A stretch of DNA of 64,000 nt from Candidatus Nealsonbacteria bacterium (GCA_047456305.1 CP179888.1:116421-180420), one strand, 5' to 3'; shown: positions 29,556 to 40,078, numbered from the stretch's first letter. Made by a program: numbers and translations. The notes: a model not told the origin generated them from the letters alone.

Positions 29556-30983
29556 ATGGAGAAATTCAAGTTTTTACCAAAGGATAAAATTTCTCAGCTT
29601 CCCAAAGTTCCTGGAGTCTATGCATTTAAAAAAGGTGCTAAGCTCCTTTATATTGGCAAGGCGGCGAATCTCAAGGAAAGAATAAAACAACATGAAGATT
29701 TGCTTAGCTTAACTAAACAAATCGGCTATATTAAAACCAATTCGGAAATTGAGGCTTTGATTTTGGAGGCAAATTTAATAAAGAAATATAAACCAAAGTA
29801 TAATGTAACGTGGCGAGATGATAAAAATTATTTCTTTGTCGGAATCACCAAAGAGGACTTCCCCCAAGTTTTTATCACCCACCAACCCACCAAAATTTTT
29901 GCTTCGCAAAAACTTAGGCGGGCGAGCCAAAAATTAAAAAGTAATTATATTGGTCCTTTTGTAGACGGTACTGCCTTAAAAGCAACTTTAAAAATTTTGA
30001 GAAAGATTTTCCCTTACCGAACTTGTAAAAATCTGCTAAAAAAACCTTGCCCTCCCAAATTTTTAGATCAATCAGTAAAACCAACTAAACTTACAGAACC
30101 CCAAAAACTTGGGAGGGCTTGTCTCTGGTATCAACTTGGCAGATGCCCCGCCCCTTGTTTGTTAAAGTCTAAGTTGGGAGAACAAATTCCCGGTCTGGAA
30201 ACTAAAATAAAGAAAGAGTGTCAAAAAAATATAAAAAATATAATGAAAATTTTACAAGGAAAGAAAATTCGAGTGCTAATTGATTTAAAAAGGGAAATGA
30301 AAAAAGCCTCTTTAATCCAAGATTTTGAAAAGGCAGCAAAAATTAGAGATAAAATAAGGGCTTTAGAAAAAGTTTTGGCTCATGCTAAAATTTTTGAGCT
30401 CCAACTTTCTCAAGCGGTAAACTGGAACCAAATTCAAAAAACTTTACAAAAAATTTTAAAAACAGAAGATAGAATTTCTCGCATTGAGGCCTATGATATT
30501 TCAAATATCCAGGGCCAGGAAGCTACCGGTTCCATGATTACTTTTATAAAAGGCCTACCTGATAAAAAATTCTATCGAAAATTTAAGATTAAAACAGTTG
30601 GAAAACCAAATGACGTGGCTATGCTCAAAGAAATATTGCATAGGAGAATTAACCATCCTGAATGGGGCTGGCCAGATTTAATTTTAATTGATGGAGGAAA
30701 AGCCCAACTAAATGCGGCTCTTCAATGTTTAAAGTATAAGTTTAAAGAAATGAGAGTTATGGCTTTAGCTAAAAAGAAAAATGAATTATTTATTAAAGGA
30801 AGAAAAGAGCCGATTTTGCTCAAAAAATTGCCGAGGGCGAAGAAAATAGATTTTCTTCTTGATCCTTCGCTAACGCTCGGGAGAGAAATTTTCAATTTAA
30901 TCTTGCAGCTTCGTGATGAAGCTCACCGATTTGCCATTTCTTACCATAAAAAATTAAGAAAAAAGAAATTAATAGAAGGTTGA
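29556..30983 (+). CDS. uvrC: Excinuclease ABC subunit C (UvrC), apparently lacking the C-terminal (HhH)2 domain
   Basis: N-terminal GIY-YIG (GVYAFKKGAKLLYIGKAANLKERIKQH). UVR motif (LIQDFEKAAKIRDKIRALEK). RNase H-like endonuclease region (AYDISNIQGQEATGSMITF). 475 aa versus ~600 aa typical. Confidence 0.75.
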   Translation: MEKFKFLPKDKISQLPKVPGVYAFKKGAKLLYIGKAANLKERIKQHEDLLSLTKQIGYIKTNSEIEALILEANLIKKYKPKYNVTWRDDKNYFFVGITKEDFPQVFITHQPTKIFASQKLRRASQKLKSNYIGPFVDGTALKATLKILRKIFPYRTCKNLLKKPCPPKFLDQSVKPTKLTEPQKLGRACLWYQLGRCPAPCLLKSKLGEQIPGLETKIKKECQKNIKNIMKILQGKKIRVLIDLKREMKKASLIQDFEKAAKIRDKIRALEKVLAHAKIFELQLSQAVNWNQIQKTLQKILKTEDRISRIEAYDISNIQGQEATGSMITFIKGLPDKKFYRKFKIKTVGKPNDVAMLKEILHRRINHPEWGWPDLILIDGGKAQLNAALQCLKYKFKEMRVMALAKKKNELFIKGRKEPILLKKLPRAKKIDFLLDPSLTLGREIFNLILQLRDEAHRFAISYHKKLRKKKLIEG

Positions 30984-31077
30984 CCTTTAATTAAATATTT
31001 GCTACCCTTTATATACCTGAGCGAAGCAAAAGGTGAAGATGAAGGCAAACTCCGAAGGAGGTAAACTTCATTGACTT

Positions 31078-31485
31078 ATGAGGCGTCTATTATTACAAAT
31101 TATTGCTGGGATTTTAGGTTTCTGGCTGGCTATAAAATTTGTTCCCGGGGTAGAATTTAGAGGTCCTACATTTGTTATCCCAGGACCAGGGGTAGAATTT
31201 GGCCAGCTCTGGGGAACTTTAGTTTTTGTGGGAGCCTTTTTGGGATTTCTTAATTTTTTTATAAAACCAATTTTAAATAAACTTACCCTACCTCTAAGAA
31301 TTATTACTTTTAATCTTTTCAGCCTGGCTATTTCCATGGGATTAATCTGGACGGTTGATATTTTCTTTAAGGAGTTAATTATTCAAGGTCTTTTACCTCT
31401 TTTTTGGATAGCTGTAATCCTTTGGGGGCTAAACTTAGCCCTCTCTCAATTTATTACTAAAAGGTCTTACTTTAAGAAAACATGA
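31078..31485 (+). CDS. Four-TM membrane protein of the phage-holin-4/PF04020-like family
   Basis: LAIKFVPGVEF...FLNFFIKPILNKLTLPLRIITFNLFSLAI pattern typical of this family. Function unknown. Confidence 0.5.
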   Translation: MRRLLLQIIAGILGFWLAIKFVPGVEFRGPTFVIPGPGVEFGQLWGTLVFVGAFLGFLNFFIKPILNKLTLPLRIITFNLFSLAISMGLIWTVDIFFKELIIQGLLPLFWIAVILWGLNLALSQFITKRSYFKKT

Positions 31486-31697
31486 AAGGATATTTACCCT
31501 TCCTCCAAATTATAGTTGCCCTCTTTTTAGTTATCTTCATTCTCTTACAACAAAGGGGAACTGCCCTTGGTTCTGCCTTCGGGCAATCGGGGGGATTTTA
31601 TGCTACCCGGCGGGGTATTCAAAAAAAAATCTTCTGGGGAACAATAGTGCTTGGAGCTCTTTTTGTAGTCTTGGCTCTTTTAAATTTGGTTTTCTAA
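31482..31697 (+). CDS. secG: Preprotein translocase subunit SecG
   Basis: 71 aa, two TM. LLQQRGTALGSAFGQSGGFYATRRGIQKKIF matches the SecG core. Start overlaps previous stop. Confidence 0.6.
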   Translation: MKGYLPFLQIIVALFLVIFILLQQRGTALGSAFGQSGGFYATRRGIQKKIFWGTIVLGALFVVLALLNLVF

Positions 31698-33727
31698 TGT
31701 CTTTTTTTTGCAAAACAAAGAGAATTTACGAAAATCTTAAAAGGAAATTGTTCCCTAAAGCCTTTCCTTCTTTTGCAAAATGGAAACAAATTCTCCCTAT
31801 TTTAACAAAAAAAGAGAAGGTAGTGTTGGCTATTTTTTTGATTTTATTTTTTGGCTCTTCTCTCTTCCTCGGTCTCAATTTTTATTTTAGGAATACTGAA
31901 ATAAAGCCTGCCATTGGCGGAACTTATAAAGAGGGTATAATTGGTTATCCCAGATTTATTAATCCAATCTATGGAGAGAATTCTGATACGGATCGGGATT
32001 TGGTTCAGCTCATTTTTTCAGGTTTAATGAAATACAATCAGAAAGGAGAAATTGTTCCCGACCTTGCCAAAGAATATAAAATTTTAGAGAATGGAAAAGT
32101 TTTTGAATTTTCTTTAAAAGAAAATCTTTTTTGGCAAGACAATGAGAAATTAACTACTGATGATATAATTTTTACCATAAAAACTGTCCAAAATCCTGAT
32201 TATAAAAGTTCTTTAAGAGCAAATTGGTTAGGGGTGGAAATTGAGAAAATTTCCAACTCAAGTATTCGCTTCAAATTAAAAAACCCTTATCCTGCCTTTT
32301 TAGAAAATCTGACTTTAAAAATTTTACCGAGCCACATCTGGCAGGATATTCCTCCCCAAAATTTTCCCTTGTCAATTTATAATCTTCAACCCATTGGATC
32401 AGGACCTTATCAGTTAAAAAGCCTAAAACAAGATAAATTAGGATATATCAAATCTTTAACTTTAGGTGCCAATCCTAAATATTTTGGAGAAAAGCCAAAG
32501 ATTAGAGAAATTTCTTTTCATTTTTTTGATACCGAAGAAGAACTAATTAAATCTGCCCAAAGAAAAGAAATTCAAGGGCTTTCAATTTTTGACCCAAAAA
32601 AATATCAACTCTTTAAAGATACTGAATTTAAAGATTATCACTTTTCTTTACCAAGATACTTTGCTGTATTTTTTAATCCAGAGAAATCAGAAATTTTGGC
32701 TGAAAAAACAATAAGAGAGGCTTTAAATTATGGCACTAACAAAGAGGATATTATTAAGCTTTCCCTTCTGGGACAAGGGAAAGTCGTCGATTCTCCGATC
32801 TTGCCAGAAATTTACGGATTTTCCTCCCCCACCACTTACTATGAGTTTAATCCAGAGAAAGCTAAAGAAATCTTACAAGAAGCCGGATTTGTTGAAGATG
32901 AAACCGGAATCAGGAAAAAGATTGTCAAAAAAGAAACAATTTTTCAATTTAAAAGCGACCTTAAATTAGGTTCTCGAGGGGAAGAAGTAAAAGAACTTCA
33001 AAAATGCCTATCAAAATATCCTGAAGTTTATCCTCAAGCTAAAATTACCGGATTTTTTGGCTCAGAAACCAAAGAGGCAGTCATCCGTTTTCAGGAAAAA
33101 TATGCCAAAGAAATTTTAGAACCCTGGGGATTCACAAAGGGAACAGGTGTCGTCAGTAAAACTACCCGCAGCAAATTAAATGAAGTTTGCCAAAAAGTTC
33201 CGGTAGAAGGTTTAGAACTCTCCTTAGTTTTAGTTACGGTCGACCAACCCCTTTTAGTTGAGACAGCCCTTCTTTTGAAAGAACAATGGAAATCCTTGGG
33301 AGTAGAAATCGAAATTAAAACATTTGACATCCAAACTCTTGAGAGAGATATTATTAAGCCAAGAAATTATTCAGCTTTACTATTTGGTGAAGTTTTAGGG
33401 GCCATCCCTGACCCTTTCCCCTTCTGGCACTCTTTGCAAAAGAGAGATCCCGGTTTAAACCTATCTTTCTATGAAAATAAAAAAGCTGATAAATTATTAG
33501 AGAAAGCTCGTCAGAGTCAAGAGCCTGAAATTAGAGCTCAAAATCTGGAAGAATTTCAAAATATTTTAATTAATGAAGCTCCAGTGGTATTTTTGTACAG
33601 CCCAGATTATATTTATTTGGTTTCAGAAGAAATTAAGGGAATAAATGCGGAGATAATTATTAACCCTTCAAAAAGGTTCTCAGAAATAGAAAATTGGTAT
33701 ATTAAAACTAAAAGAATGTGGAAGTAA
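31697..33727 (+). CDS. ABC transporter substrate-binding protein family 5 (peptide/nickel type) with N-terminal TM anchor and an inserted peptidoglycan-binding (PG_binding_1-like) module
   Basis: SBP_bac_5-like N-terminal signature GGTYKEGIIGYPRFINP. Insert LKLGSRGEEVKELQKCLSKYPEVYPQAKITGFFGSETKEAVIRFQEKY is the classic PG-binding helical repeat. Confidence 0.7.
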   Translation: MSFFCKTKRIYENLKRKLFPKAFPSFAKWKQILPILTKKEKVVLAIFLILFFGSSLFLGLNFYFRNTEIKPAIGGTYKEGIIGYPRFINPIYGENSDTDRDLVQLIFSGLMKYNQKGEIVPDLAKEYKILENGKVFEFSLKENLFWQDNEKLTTDDIIFTIKTVQNPDYKSSLRANWLGVEIEKISNSSIRFKLKNPYPAFLENLTLKILPSHIWQDIPPQNFPLSIYNLQPIGSGPYQLKSLKQDKLGYIKSLTLGANPKYFGEKPKIREISFHFFDTEEELIKSAQRKEIQGLSIFDPKKYQLFKDTEFKDYHFSLPRYFAVFFNPEKSEILAEKTIREALNYGTNKEDIIKLSLLGQGKVVDSPILPEIYGFSSPTTYYEFNPEKAKEILQEAGFVEDETGIRKKIVKKETIFQFKSDLKLGSRGEEVKELQKCLSKYPEVYPQAKITGFFGSETKEAVIRFQEKYAKEILEPWGFTKGTGVVSKTTRSKLNEVCQKVPVEGLELSLVLVTVDQPLLVETALLLKEQWKSLGVEIEIKTFDIQTLERDIIKPRNYSALLFGEVLGAIPDPFPFWHSLQKRDPGLNLSFYENKKADKLLEKARQSQEPEIRAQNLEEFQNILINEAPVVFLYSPDYIYLVSEEIKGINAEIIINPSKRFSEIENWYIKTKRMWK

Positions 33728-33744
33728 AACATCGTTGATGATAA

Positions 33745-33829
33745 GCCGAAGTGGCGAAATTTGGTAAACGCGACGGCCCCAGGAGCCGTTGGGCGAAAGC
33801 CCTTGTGGGTTCAAATCCCACCTTCGGCA
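33745..33829 (+). tRNA. tRNA-Leu (anticodon CAG read from loop CCCAGGA; C at position 33 is unusual)
   Basis: GCCGAAG acceptor. Long variable arm TGGGCGAAAGCCCT. T-arm GTGGG-TTCAAAT-CCCAC. 85 nt. The ORF-track ORF 33751..35532 spuriously starts inside this tRNA. Confidence 0.7.
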
Positions 33830-33831
33830 CT

Positions 33832-35532
33832 ATGAAAAAATCTCAAAAAAATCTCAGGATTATCCCTCTTGGTGGATTAGGCGAGGTTGGCCGTAATATG
33901 ATGCTCCTTGAATGGCAAGAACGCCACCCTTCCTCAAGAGGGTCCCCTATTTTAATTATTGATATGGGTCTTGGTTTCCCGGGAGAAAATATGCCAGGTA
34001 TTGACTGTATTATTCCAAATATTTCCTATCTTAGAGGAAAAGAAAAGAACATCTTGGGAGCGGTTCTGACTCACGGCCATTACGACCATATTGGTGCTAT
34101 CCCCTATATTATCCCCCGACTTGGGTTAATACCAATGTACGCTTCTCAATTAACTAAGGGGATTATCTTAAAAAGACGGGAAGATTTTCCTAATCAACCA
34201 AAACTTAACATAGAAAACATAAAAGATGGCTCTAAAATTCAATTGGGACCCTTCCAAGTAGAATTTTTCAAACAGAATCATAATATCCCTGATAACCTTG
34301 GATTATTTATTAAGACCCCTCTCGGAAATATTGTCCATACTTCTGATTTTAAATTTGATGAATCTCCGGTCAATGAAAGCCCTACTGATTTTGAGAAATT
34401 AAAAAACATTGGCAAAAGAGGGATTTTGCTTTTGATGTCTGAATCAACCGGAGCTGAAGAAGAAGGTCATTCTCTTTCAGAAAAAACAATTTTTGAAAAT
34501 TTAGACAAGATTTTTAAAAAAGCAGAGGGAAGAATTATTGCTGCCTCCTTTGCTTCCCTGATTAACAGAATTCAACAATTAATTATCCTTTCAGAAAAAT
34601 ATGGAAGAAAGGTAACAATTGAAGGACATAGCATGAAAATTAATGTTGAGATTGCTCAAACTTTAAAAAAGATTGAAGCTAAAAAGGGAACTTTTATAAG
34701 AACAAAAGATATTGGCAAATTTCCTGACTCAAAAATAACAGTTATCTGCACTGGTGCTCAGGGAGAAGAAGAGGCAGTTTTTATGAGAATTGCCAATCGA
34801 GAACATAAATTTATCCGGCTCAAGAAAGAAGATACAATTATTTTTTCTTCTTCGGTCATCCCTGGAAATGAAAGAAGTATTCAGTTCTTAAAAGACCAAT
34901 TTCACCGTCAAGGAGCTAAGGTTTTCCACTACAAAATGATGGATATTCATGCTTCCGGCCATGCCAGAGAAGAAGAGTTAAAAGAAATGCTCAGAATTAT
35001 GAAGCCAAAATTCTTTCTGCCTATTTATGGCCAATACTCAATGCTTGTCAGGCACGCCCAGTTAGCTGAAGAAGTAGGTTTATTAAAACAAAACATAATG
35101 GTGGCTGAAAATGGAGAGGTTATAAACCTAAGCTCAAAAAGAATTTTCATTGAAAAGAAAAGAGTTCCCTCAAATTATGTAATGGTTGATGGCTTGGGAA
35201 TTGGCGATGTAGGAGAAGTAGTCTTGCGAGACCGCCAAACCTTGGCAAAAGATGGGATGTTTGTGATTGTGGCCGTTGTGGATAGACAGGCTGGTAGAGT
35301 CAAGGGTTCTCCTGATATAATATCAAGAGGATTTGTTTATCTTAAAGAATCAAAGGAATTACTCAAAGAAACGAGAAAAAAGGTAACAGATATTGTCAAT
35401 AGAGCAGCAGGTTCTGGTGGAGCGGTTAATTGGAGCTATGTCAAAAATGAAATAAGAAACAAAATCGGCCAATTTCTTTTTTCCAAAACTCAGAGAAGGC
35501 CAATGATTTTACCTGTGGTCATAGAAGTGTAA
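33832..35532 (+). CDS. rnj: Ribonuclease J (beta-CASP metallo-beta-lactamase RNase)
   Basis: Start reassigned to ATG at 33832 (MKKSQKNLRIIPLGG). HxHxDH motif THGHYDHIG. Beta-CASP motifs. C-terminal domain. Confidence 0.85.
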   Translation: MKKSQKNLRIIPLGGLGEVGRNMMLLEWQERHPSSRGSPILIIDMGLGFPGENMPGIDCIIPNISYLRGKEKNILGAVLTHGHYDHIGAIPYIIPRLGLIPMYASQLTKGIILKRREDFPNQPKLNIENIKDGSKIQLGPFQVEFFKQNHNIPDNLGLFIKTPLGNIVHTSDFKFDESPVNESPTDFEKLKNIGKRGILLLMSESTGAEEEGHSLSEKTIFENLDKIFKKAEGRIIAASFASLINRIQQLIILSEKYGRKVTIEGHSMKINVEIAQTLKKIEAKKGTFIRTKDIGKFPDSKITVICTGAQGEEEAVFMRIANREHKFIRLKKEDTIIFSSSVIPGNERSIQFLKDQFHRQGAKVFHYKMMDIHASGHAREEELKEMLRIMKPKFFLPIYGQYSMLVRHAQLAEEVGLLKQNIMVAENGEVINLSSKRIFIEKKRVPSNYVMVDGLGIGDVGEVVLRDRQTLAKDGMFVIVAVVDRQAGRVKGSPDIISRGFVYLKESKELLKETRKKVTDIVNRAAGSGGAVNWSYVKNEIRNKIGQFLFSKTQRRPMILPVVIEV

Positions 35533-35540
35533 TAAAAAAT

Positions 35541-36518
35541 ATGAGAATTTTTAGCGGCGTTAGGCCAACTGGAGAACTACATATTGGAAATTATTTGGGA
35601 GCTATCAAACAATGGCTCGAACTTCAAGAAAAAAATGAGTGTGTTTTTTGTATTGTTGATTTACATGGAATCACTACGCCTTACAATCCCAAAGAGCTTC
35701 AAAAAAATATCCTTGATGTAGCTATTATCTATTTATCTGCTGGTCTCAGCCCGGAAAAATGTATTTTTTTCGTTCAGTCCCAAGTCAGAGAACATACGGA
35801 GCTAACCTGGCTTTTAGGAACAATTACCCCTTTGGGGGAACTCCAAAGAATGACCCAGTTTAAAGAAAAGGCCAAAAAACACAAAGAATATATCAATGCC
35901 GGCCTTTTGAATTACCCAGTTTTAATGGCTGCTGATATTTTGCTTTATCAAACCGATTTAGTTCCAGTAGGAAAAGACCAAGAACAACATGTTGAATTAG
36001 CCAGAACCATTGCCAGAAAATTTAACCAGATCTTTGGCCAAACTCTCAAGGAACCAAAAGTTTTACTTCCTAAAATCGGAGCAAAAATAATGAGTTTACA
36101 AAATCCTAAGAAAAAAATGTCAAAAACCGATGATCCTCGGGGTTGTATTGGATTATTTGACGAACCGGAAGAAATTCAAAAGAAGATAATGTCAGCTGTC
36201 ACTGACACTGGAAAGGTGATTAAATACGACCAGAAAAAGAAACCAGGGATATCTAATCTCTTAACTATTTATTCTCTGTTTTCGGAAAAAACAATTAAAG
36301 AAATTGAGAAAAAAATTAAAGGAAAGGGTTATGCTGATTTTAAGAAATCTTTGGCTAAGCTTTTAATAAATTCTTTAGAACCATTTCGCCGAAAAAGAAA
36401 AGAACTTCTCTCAAGAGAAGTTTATGTCAGAGACATCTTAAATAAAGGAAATAGGAGAGCCCAGATTATTGCTCGATCTACTATGGCTGAGGTCCGAAAA
36501 AAAATGGGCCTAGTTTAG
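35541..36518 (+). CDS. trpS: Tryptophan--tRNA ligase
   Basis: HIGH-class motif GELHIGNYLG. KMSKS variant KMSKT. GxDQ motif VPVGKDQEQH. Confidence 0.9.
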   Translation: MRIFSGVRPTGELHIGNYLGAIKQWLELQEKNECVFCIVDLHGITTPYNPKELQKNILDVAIIYLSAGLSPEKCIFFVQSQVREHTELTWLLGTITPLGELQRMTQFKEKAKKHKEYINAGLLNYPVLMAADILLYQTDLVPVGKDQEQHVELARTIARKFNQIFGQTLKEPKVLLPKIGAKIMSLQNPKKKMSKTDDPRGCIGLFDEPEEIQKKIMSAVTDTGKVIKYDQKKKPGISNLLTIYSLFSEKTIKEIEKKIKGKGYADFKKSLAKLLINSLEPFRRKRKELLSREVYVRDILNKGNRRAQIIARSTMAEVRKKMGLV

Positions 36519-36544
36519 TTTAAACTAAACTCAATTTTGCAGTT

Positions 36545-36576
36545 TTATCTTCACACTTCTGAAGATTTATTTTTCA
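36545..36576 (+). terminator. Terminator hairpin (atcttca-cacttc-tgaagat + ttaTTTTT) after trpS, overlapping the stop of the convergent gene
   Basis: 7-bp perfect stem followed by a T-run on the plus strand. Confidence 0.45.
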
Positions 36577-37997
36577 AGCGCCTCGATGTTTAAATTTATG
36601 TCAGAATTCCAGTCTATCTCCTGGTAATTATGAAGTAATCTATCAATGTAGTTCCTTAAATAACTATATCTCTCCTCTGTTTTTGCCTCAAATTTAACCG
36701 TAAGATAAGGGGCATTTTGTGAATAGCGGATGACAAACATCCCATCGGATATATCAACCCTAACTCCATCGCCGGCTCGTTCATCATCAATAATTTTGGC
36801 GTCTGGAAAATCTTTTTTAAGCACCGGGCTAATTTTTTTAATTAGCTCGACTTTTTTTTCATCAGCACAATATATTTTTATTTCAGGACTCGATATATAC
36901 TTAGGAAGTAAATCTTTGGCAGCCGATAGTGACTGATTAGTTTTTGCCAGATAACTTAACAAACGCAAAGTTGAATAAAGCCCGTCATCATGATTGTAAA
37001 AATCAGCCGAAAAGAAGAAATGTCCTGATAACTCTCCGATAAAGGCTGCTTTAACTTCCTGATTTTTTTTCTTTAAAAATGAATGGCCAGTCCGCCACAT
37101 AAAGGGCTTACCACCATATTTTATAATCGTTTCTTCAACAACTTTTGAGCAAAGGGTATTGTACATAATCGTTGCTCCCGGATACTCTTTCAAAACATCA
37201 ATAGTAAATAGCGCCACCAACACATCATTCCAAATAATATTTCCTTTATCGTCAATAATTCCAATTCGGTCACCATCTGTATCATATGAAAAACCGATGT
37301 CTGCTTTTTCCTGTAATACCCGCTCTCTTAGACGTTGAGCAACAGTAATTCCGGTTGGGTCTGGCGTGCCCAAAGGAAAAGAAGAATCTAGCTGACAATT
37401 ACTCTCAATAACTTTACACCCCGCCCTTTTCAATAAATCTGGGGCAATTACCCCGGCTGTTGAACAACTGGGGTCCACCACTGCCTTGAATTCTTTGCCA
37501 ATTGGTAATCTTTTTAGCAAATCAGTAAAATATGCCTCGCGAATATCCTGCTTTTCAATTTTCCCTACTGTATCACCTTCCTCGTAATCTTCCTTTTCAA
37601 CCATTCGCCTTAACTCCTGAATGCTGTCACTGACCAAGGTTTCAGAAAAATCAATAGCAAATTTAAAACCATTGTATTCAACCGGATTGTGCGATCCAGT
37701 GATATAAACCCCACCTTTGCAATTTAAATAGTATTGCGACCAATAAAAAGTTCCGACAAGATCCATACCAATATTAATTATATTAATACCAGCCCAGCTT
37801 AAACCTTTAATCACGGTTTCGCTATATTGAGGGCTTGTCGCTCTTGAATCATAACTCACTACCGCTTTTTTAATGCCGCGTCTCTTCAAAAAGGTACCAT
37901 AAGCTTTTCCAATGTGCTCCACTATTTCCGGATCTAAATCTTTATCAACTATCCCCCGCACATCATAGCCGCGAAATATATAGGGGTTGATTTTCAT
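36567..37997 (-). CDS. Phosphoglucomutase/phosphomannomutase family protein
   Basis: Active-site TGSHNP, metal-binding DTDGDR, sugar-binding GELSGH motifs. Confidence 0.85.
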   Translation of the reverse strand: MKINPYIFRGYDVRGIVDKDLDPEIVEHIGKAYGTFLKRRGIKKAVVSYDSRATSPQYSETVIKGLSWAGINIINIGMDLVGTFYWSQYYLNCKGGVYITGSHNPVEYNGFKFAIDFSETLVSDSIQELRRMVEKEDYEEGDTVGKIEKQDIREAYFTDLLKRLPIGKEFKAVVDPSCSTAGVIAPDLLKRAGCKVIESNCQLDSSFPLGTPDPTGITVAQRLRERVLQEKADIGFSYDTDGDRIGIIDDKGNIIWNDVLVALFTIDVLKEYPGATIMYNTLCSKVVEETIIKYGGKPFMWRTGHSFLKKKNQEVKAAFIGELSGHFFFSADFYNHDDGLYSTLRLLSYLAKTNQSLSAAKDLLPKYISSPEIKIYCADEKKVELIKKISPVLKKDFPDAKIIDDERAGDGVRVDISDGMFVIRYSQNAPYLTVKFEAKTEERYSYLRNYIDRLLHNYQEIDWNSDINLNIEALEK

Positions 37998-38074
37998 AAT
38001 GCTTTATTATATCATAAATATCATAAATATGTTGTGACCTCCAAAATTTCGCCAGAAATTTTGGAGTAGTATAT

Positions 38075-39115
38075 ATGAGTTTTTCAATAGGCATTGTTGG
38101 TTTACCCAATGTTGGAAAATCAACGTTATTTAAAGCTTTAACCAAAAAAAAGGTTGATATCGCTGCCTATCCTTTTACAACCTTGCATCCGAATTATGGA
38201 ACAGTTTCTGTCCCTGATAAAAGATTAGAAAAGATTGCTCAAATTATTAAACCGGAAAAAGTTACCCCTACTATCATTGAGTTTGTAGACATTGCAGGCC
38301 TTGTCAAAGGAGCTCACAAAGGTGAAGGATTAGGAAATCAGTTTTTGGCTCACATTAGAAACTGTGATGCCATTTTAGAAGTAATCAGGGTTTTTGAAAA
38401 TCCAAATGTTGAGAATGTTTTAGGAGAAATTAATCCAGAAAAAGAAATTGGGATTGTTAAATTAGAGCTTTTGATGAAAGACCTGGAAACTTTAGAAAAT
38501 TTAATTTCAAAAGTCCAGAAAGATACAAAGAGAGATAAAAAAATTCTTAAAAAATTAGAGTTTTTGGAAAAAATAAAAACAGCTGTATCTCAGGGAAAAC
38601 TGATTTCTGAGATTGATTTAACCGAGGAAGAGAAATTAGAAATCAAAGAATATCAGTTTTTAACTCAAAAACCCATTTTCTATATTTTAAATATCAATAA
38701 TGTAACACGGCTGAACCTCGTTAGATTGAAGGATAAGTTTTTAGTGATGAATCTAAAAGAAGAAGAAGAAATTTCAGAATTGTCAGAGTCAGAAATAGAA
38801 GAACTCAAACTAAAATCTCAGCTTGACCAGTTAATTTTGGGTTGTTACAATGCCCTTAGCTTAATTACTTTCTTTACCATAGCTGGAGGAAAAGAAACTC
38901 GCGCCTGGACCATAAAACGCCAGACCCCAACTCCTCAGGCAGGAGCAAAGGTTCATTCTGATTTTGATAAAAAGTTTATCAAAGCTGAGGTTATCCCCTG
39001 GCAAAAACTGGTTGAAGCTAAATCTTGGGTCAAAGCCCGGGAGTTGGGTTGGTTAAGAACAGTTGGAAAAGATTATTTGGTTGCAGACGGCGACACAATA
39101 GAATTTAAAATATGA
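38075..39115 (+). CDS. ychF: Ribosome-binding ATPase YchF (Obg-like)
   Basis: G1 GLPNVGKST. YPFTTL. G3 DIAGL. C-terminal TGS domain. Confidence 0.9.
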   Translation: MSFSIGIVGLPNVGKSTLFKALTKKKVDIAAYPFTTLHPNYGTVSVPDKRLEKIAQIIKPEKVTPTIIEFVDIAGLVKGAHKGEGLGNQFLAHIRNCDAILEVIRVFENPNVENVLGEINPEKEIGIVKLELLMKDLETLENLISKVQKDTKRDKKILKKLEFLEKIKTAVSQGKLISEIDLTEEEKLEIKEYQFLTQKPIFYILNINNVTRLNLVRLKDKFLVMNLKEEEEISELSESEIEELKLKSQLDQLILGCYNALSLITFFTIAGGKETRAWTIKRQTPTPQAGAKVHSDFDKKFIKAEVIPWQKLVEAKSWVKARELGWLRTVGKDYLVADGDTIEFKI

Positions 39116-39552
39116 AGTACTACGAGCTCACTTATCTTCTTACTCCCGAACTCTCTGAAGAGGAAAGAGAGGCCTTTCAGAAGAAAATACAATCTCTTAT
39201 TCAGGGAGAAGACGGAATTGTTAACGAAACCAGAAATCCTCTTAAAAGAAAATTGGGATATCCAATAAAAAATAAAGGGGAAGCTTTTTTAATTACCTTA
39301 AATTTTAATCTGGCTCCTGAAAAATTAGGAAGTTTGGAAAAAAAACTCAGGTCAGAAAATCAGATTCTCCGTTATATAATTTTAACTAAACCAGAAGCTA
39401 AAGTCTCTCTGGCAGGAGGTAAAAAAATACCTTTGCTCTCTAAAATTTTGCCTTCCAAAACTTACAAGGATAAAAAAATTGTCAAACCAAAAGAAAAAAA
39501 GGTCGAATTAAAAGAAATAGATAAAAAATTGGAAGAAATTTTAGGCGAGTAA
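39112..39552 (+). CDS. rpsF: 30S ribosomal protein S6 with C-terminal Lys-rich extension
   Basis: MKYYELTYLLTPELSEEE...RNPLKRKLGYPIKNKGEAFLI is the S6 fold signature. rpsF-ssb-rpsR gene order. Confidence 0.8.
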   Translation: MKYYELTYLLTPELSEEEREAFQKKIQSLIQGEDGIVNETRNPLKRKLGYPIKNKGEAFLITLNFNLAPEKLGSLEKKLRSENQILRYIILTKPEAKVSLAGGKKIPLLSKILPSKTYKDKKIVKPKEKKVELKEIDKKLEEILGE

Positions 39553-39987
<435 letters not shown>

Positions 39988-39991
39988 GTGC

Positions 39992-40062
39992 CGTAGAGCT
40001 GACGCAGAACTTTTCCGCCTAGCTCCACGTAAAAGCGAGGGGGGAGCCGAGCGGTTCTGCAT
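39992..40062 (+). ncRNA. Structured GC-rich RNA element between ssb and rpsR (nested helices GCAGAAC/GUUCUGC, CCGC/GCGG, GCUCC/GGAGC)
   Basis: Hand-folded from sequence. Sits in an otherwise AT-rich 90-nt spacer directly upstream of the rpsR start. Function unknown (attenuator, terminator or r-protein autoregulatory site). Confidence 0.35.
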
Positions 40063-40078
40063 CTGTTCCGGGTTATTT

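Noticed and set aside
31068-31337. 89-aa minus-strand ORF opposite the PF04020-like membrane protein gene
   Set aside because: It is antisense to a plus-strand ORF with a convincing four-TM family pattern, and has Pro/Gly-rich low-complexity translation.
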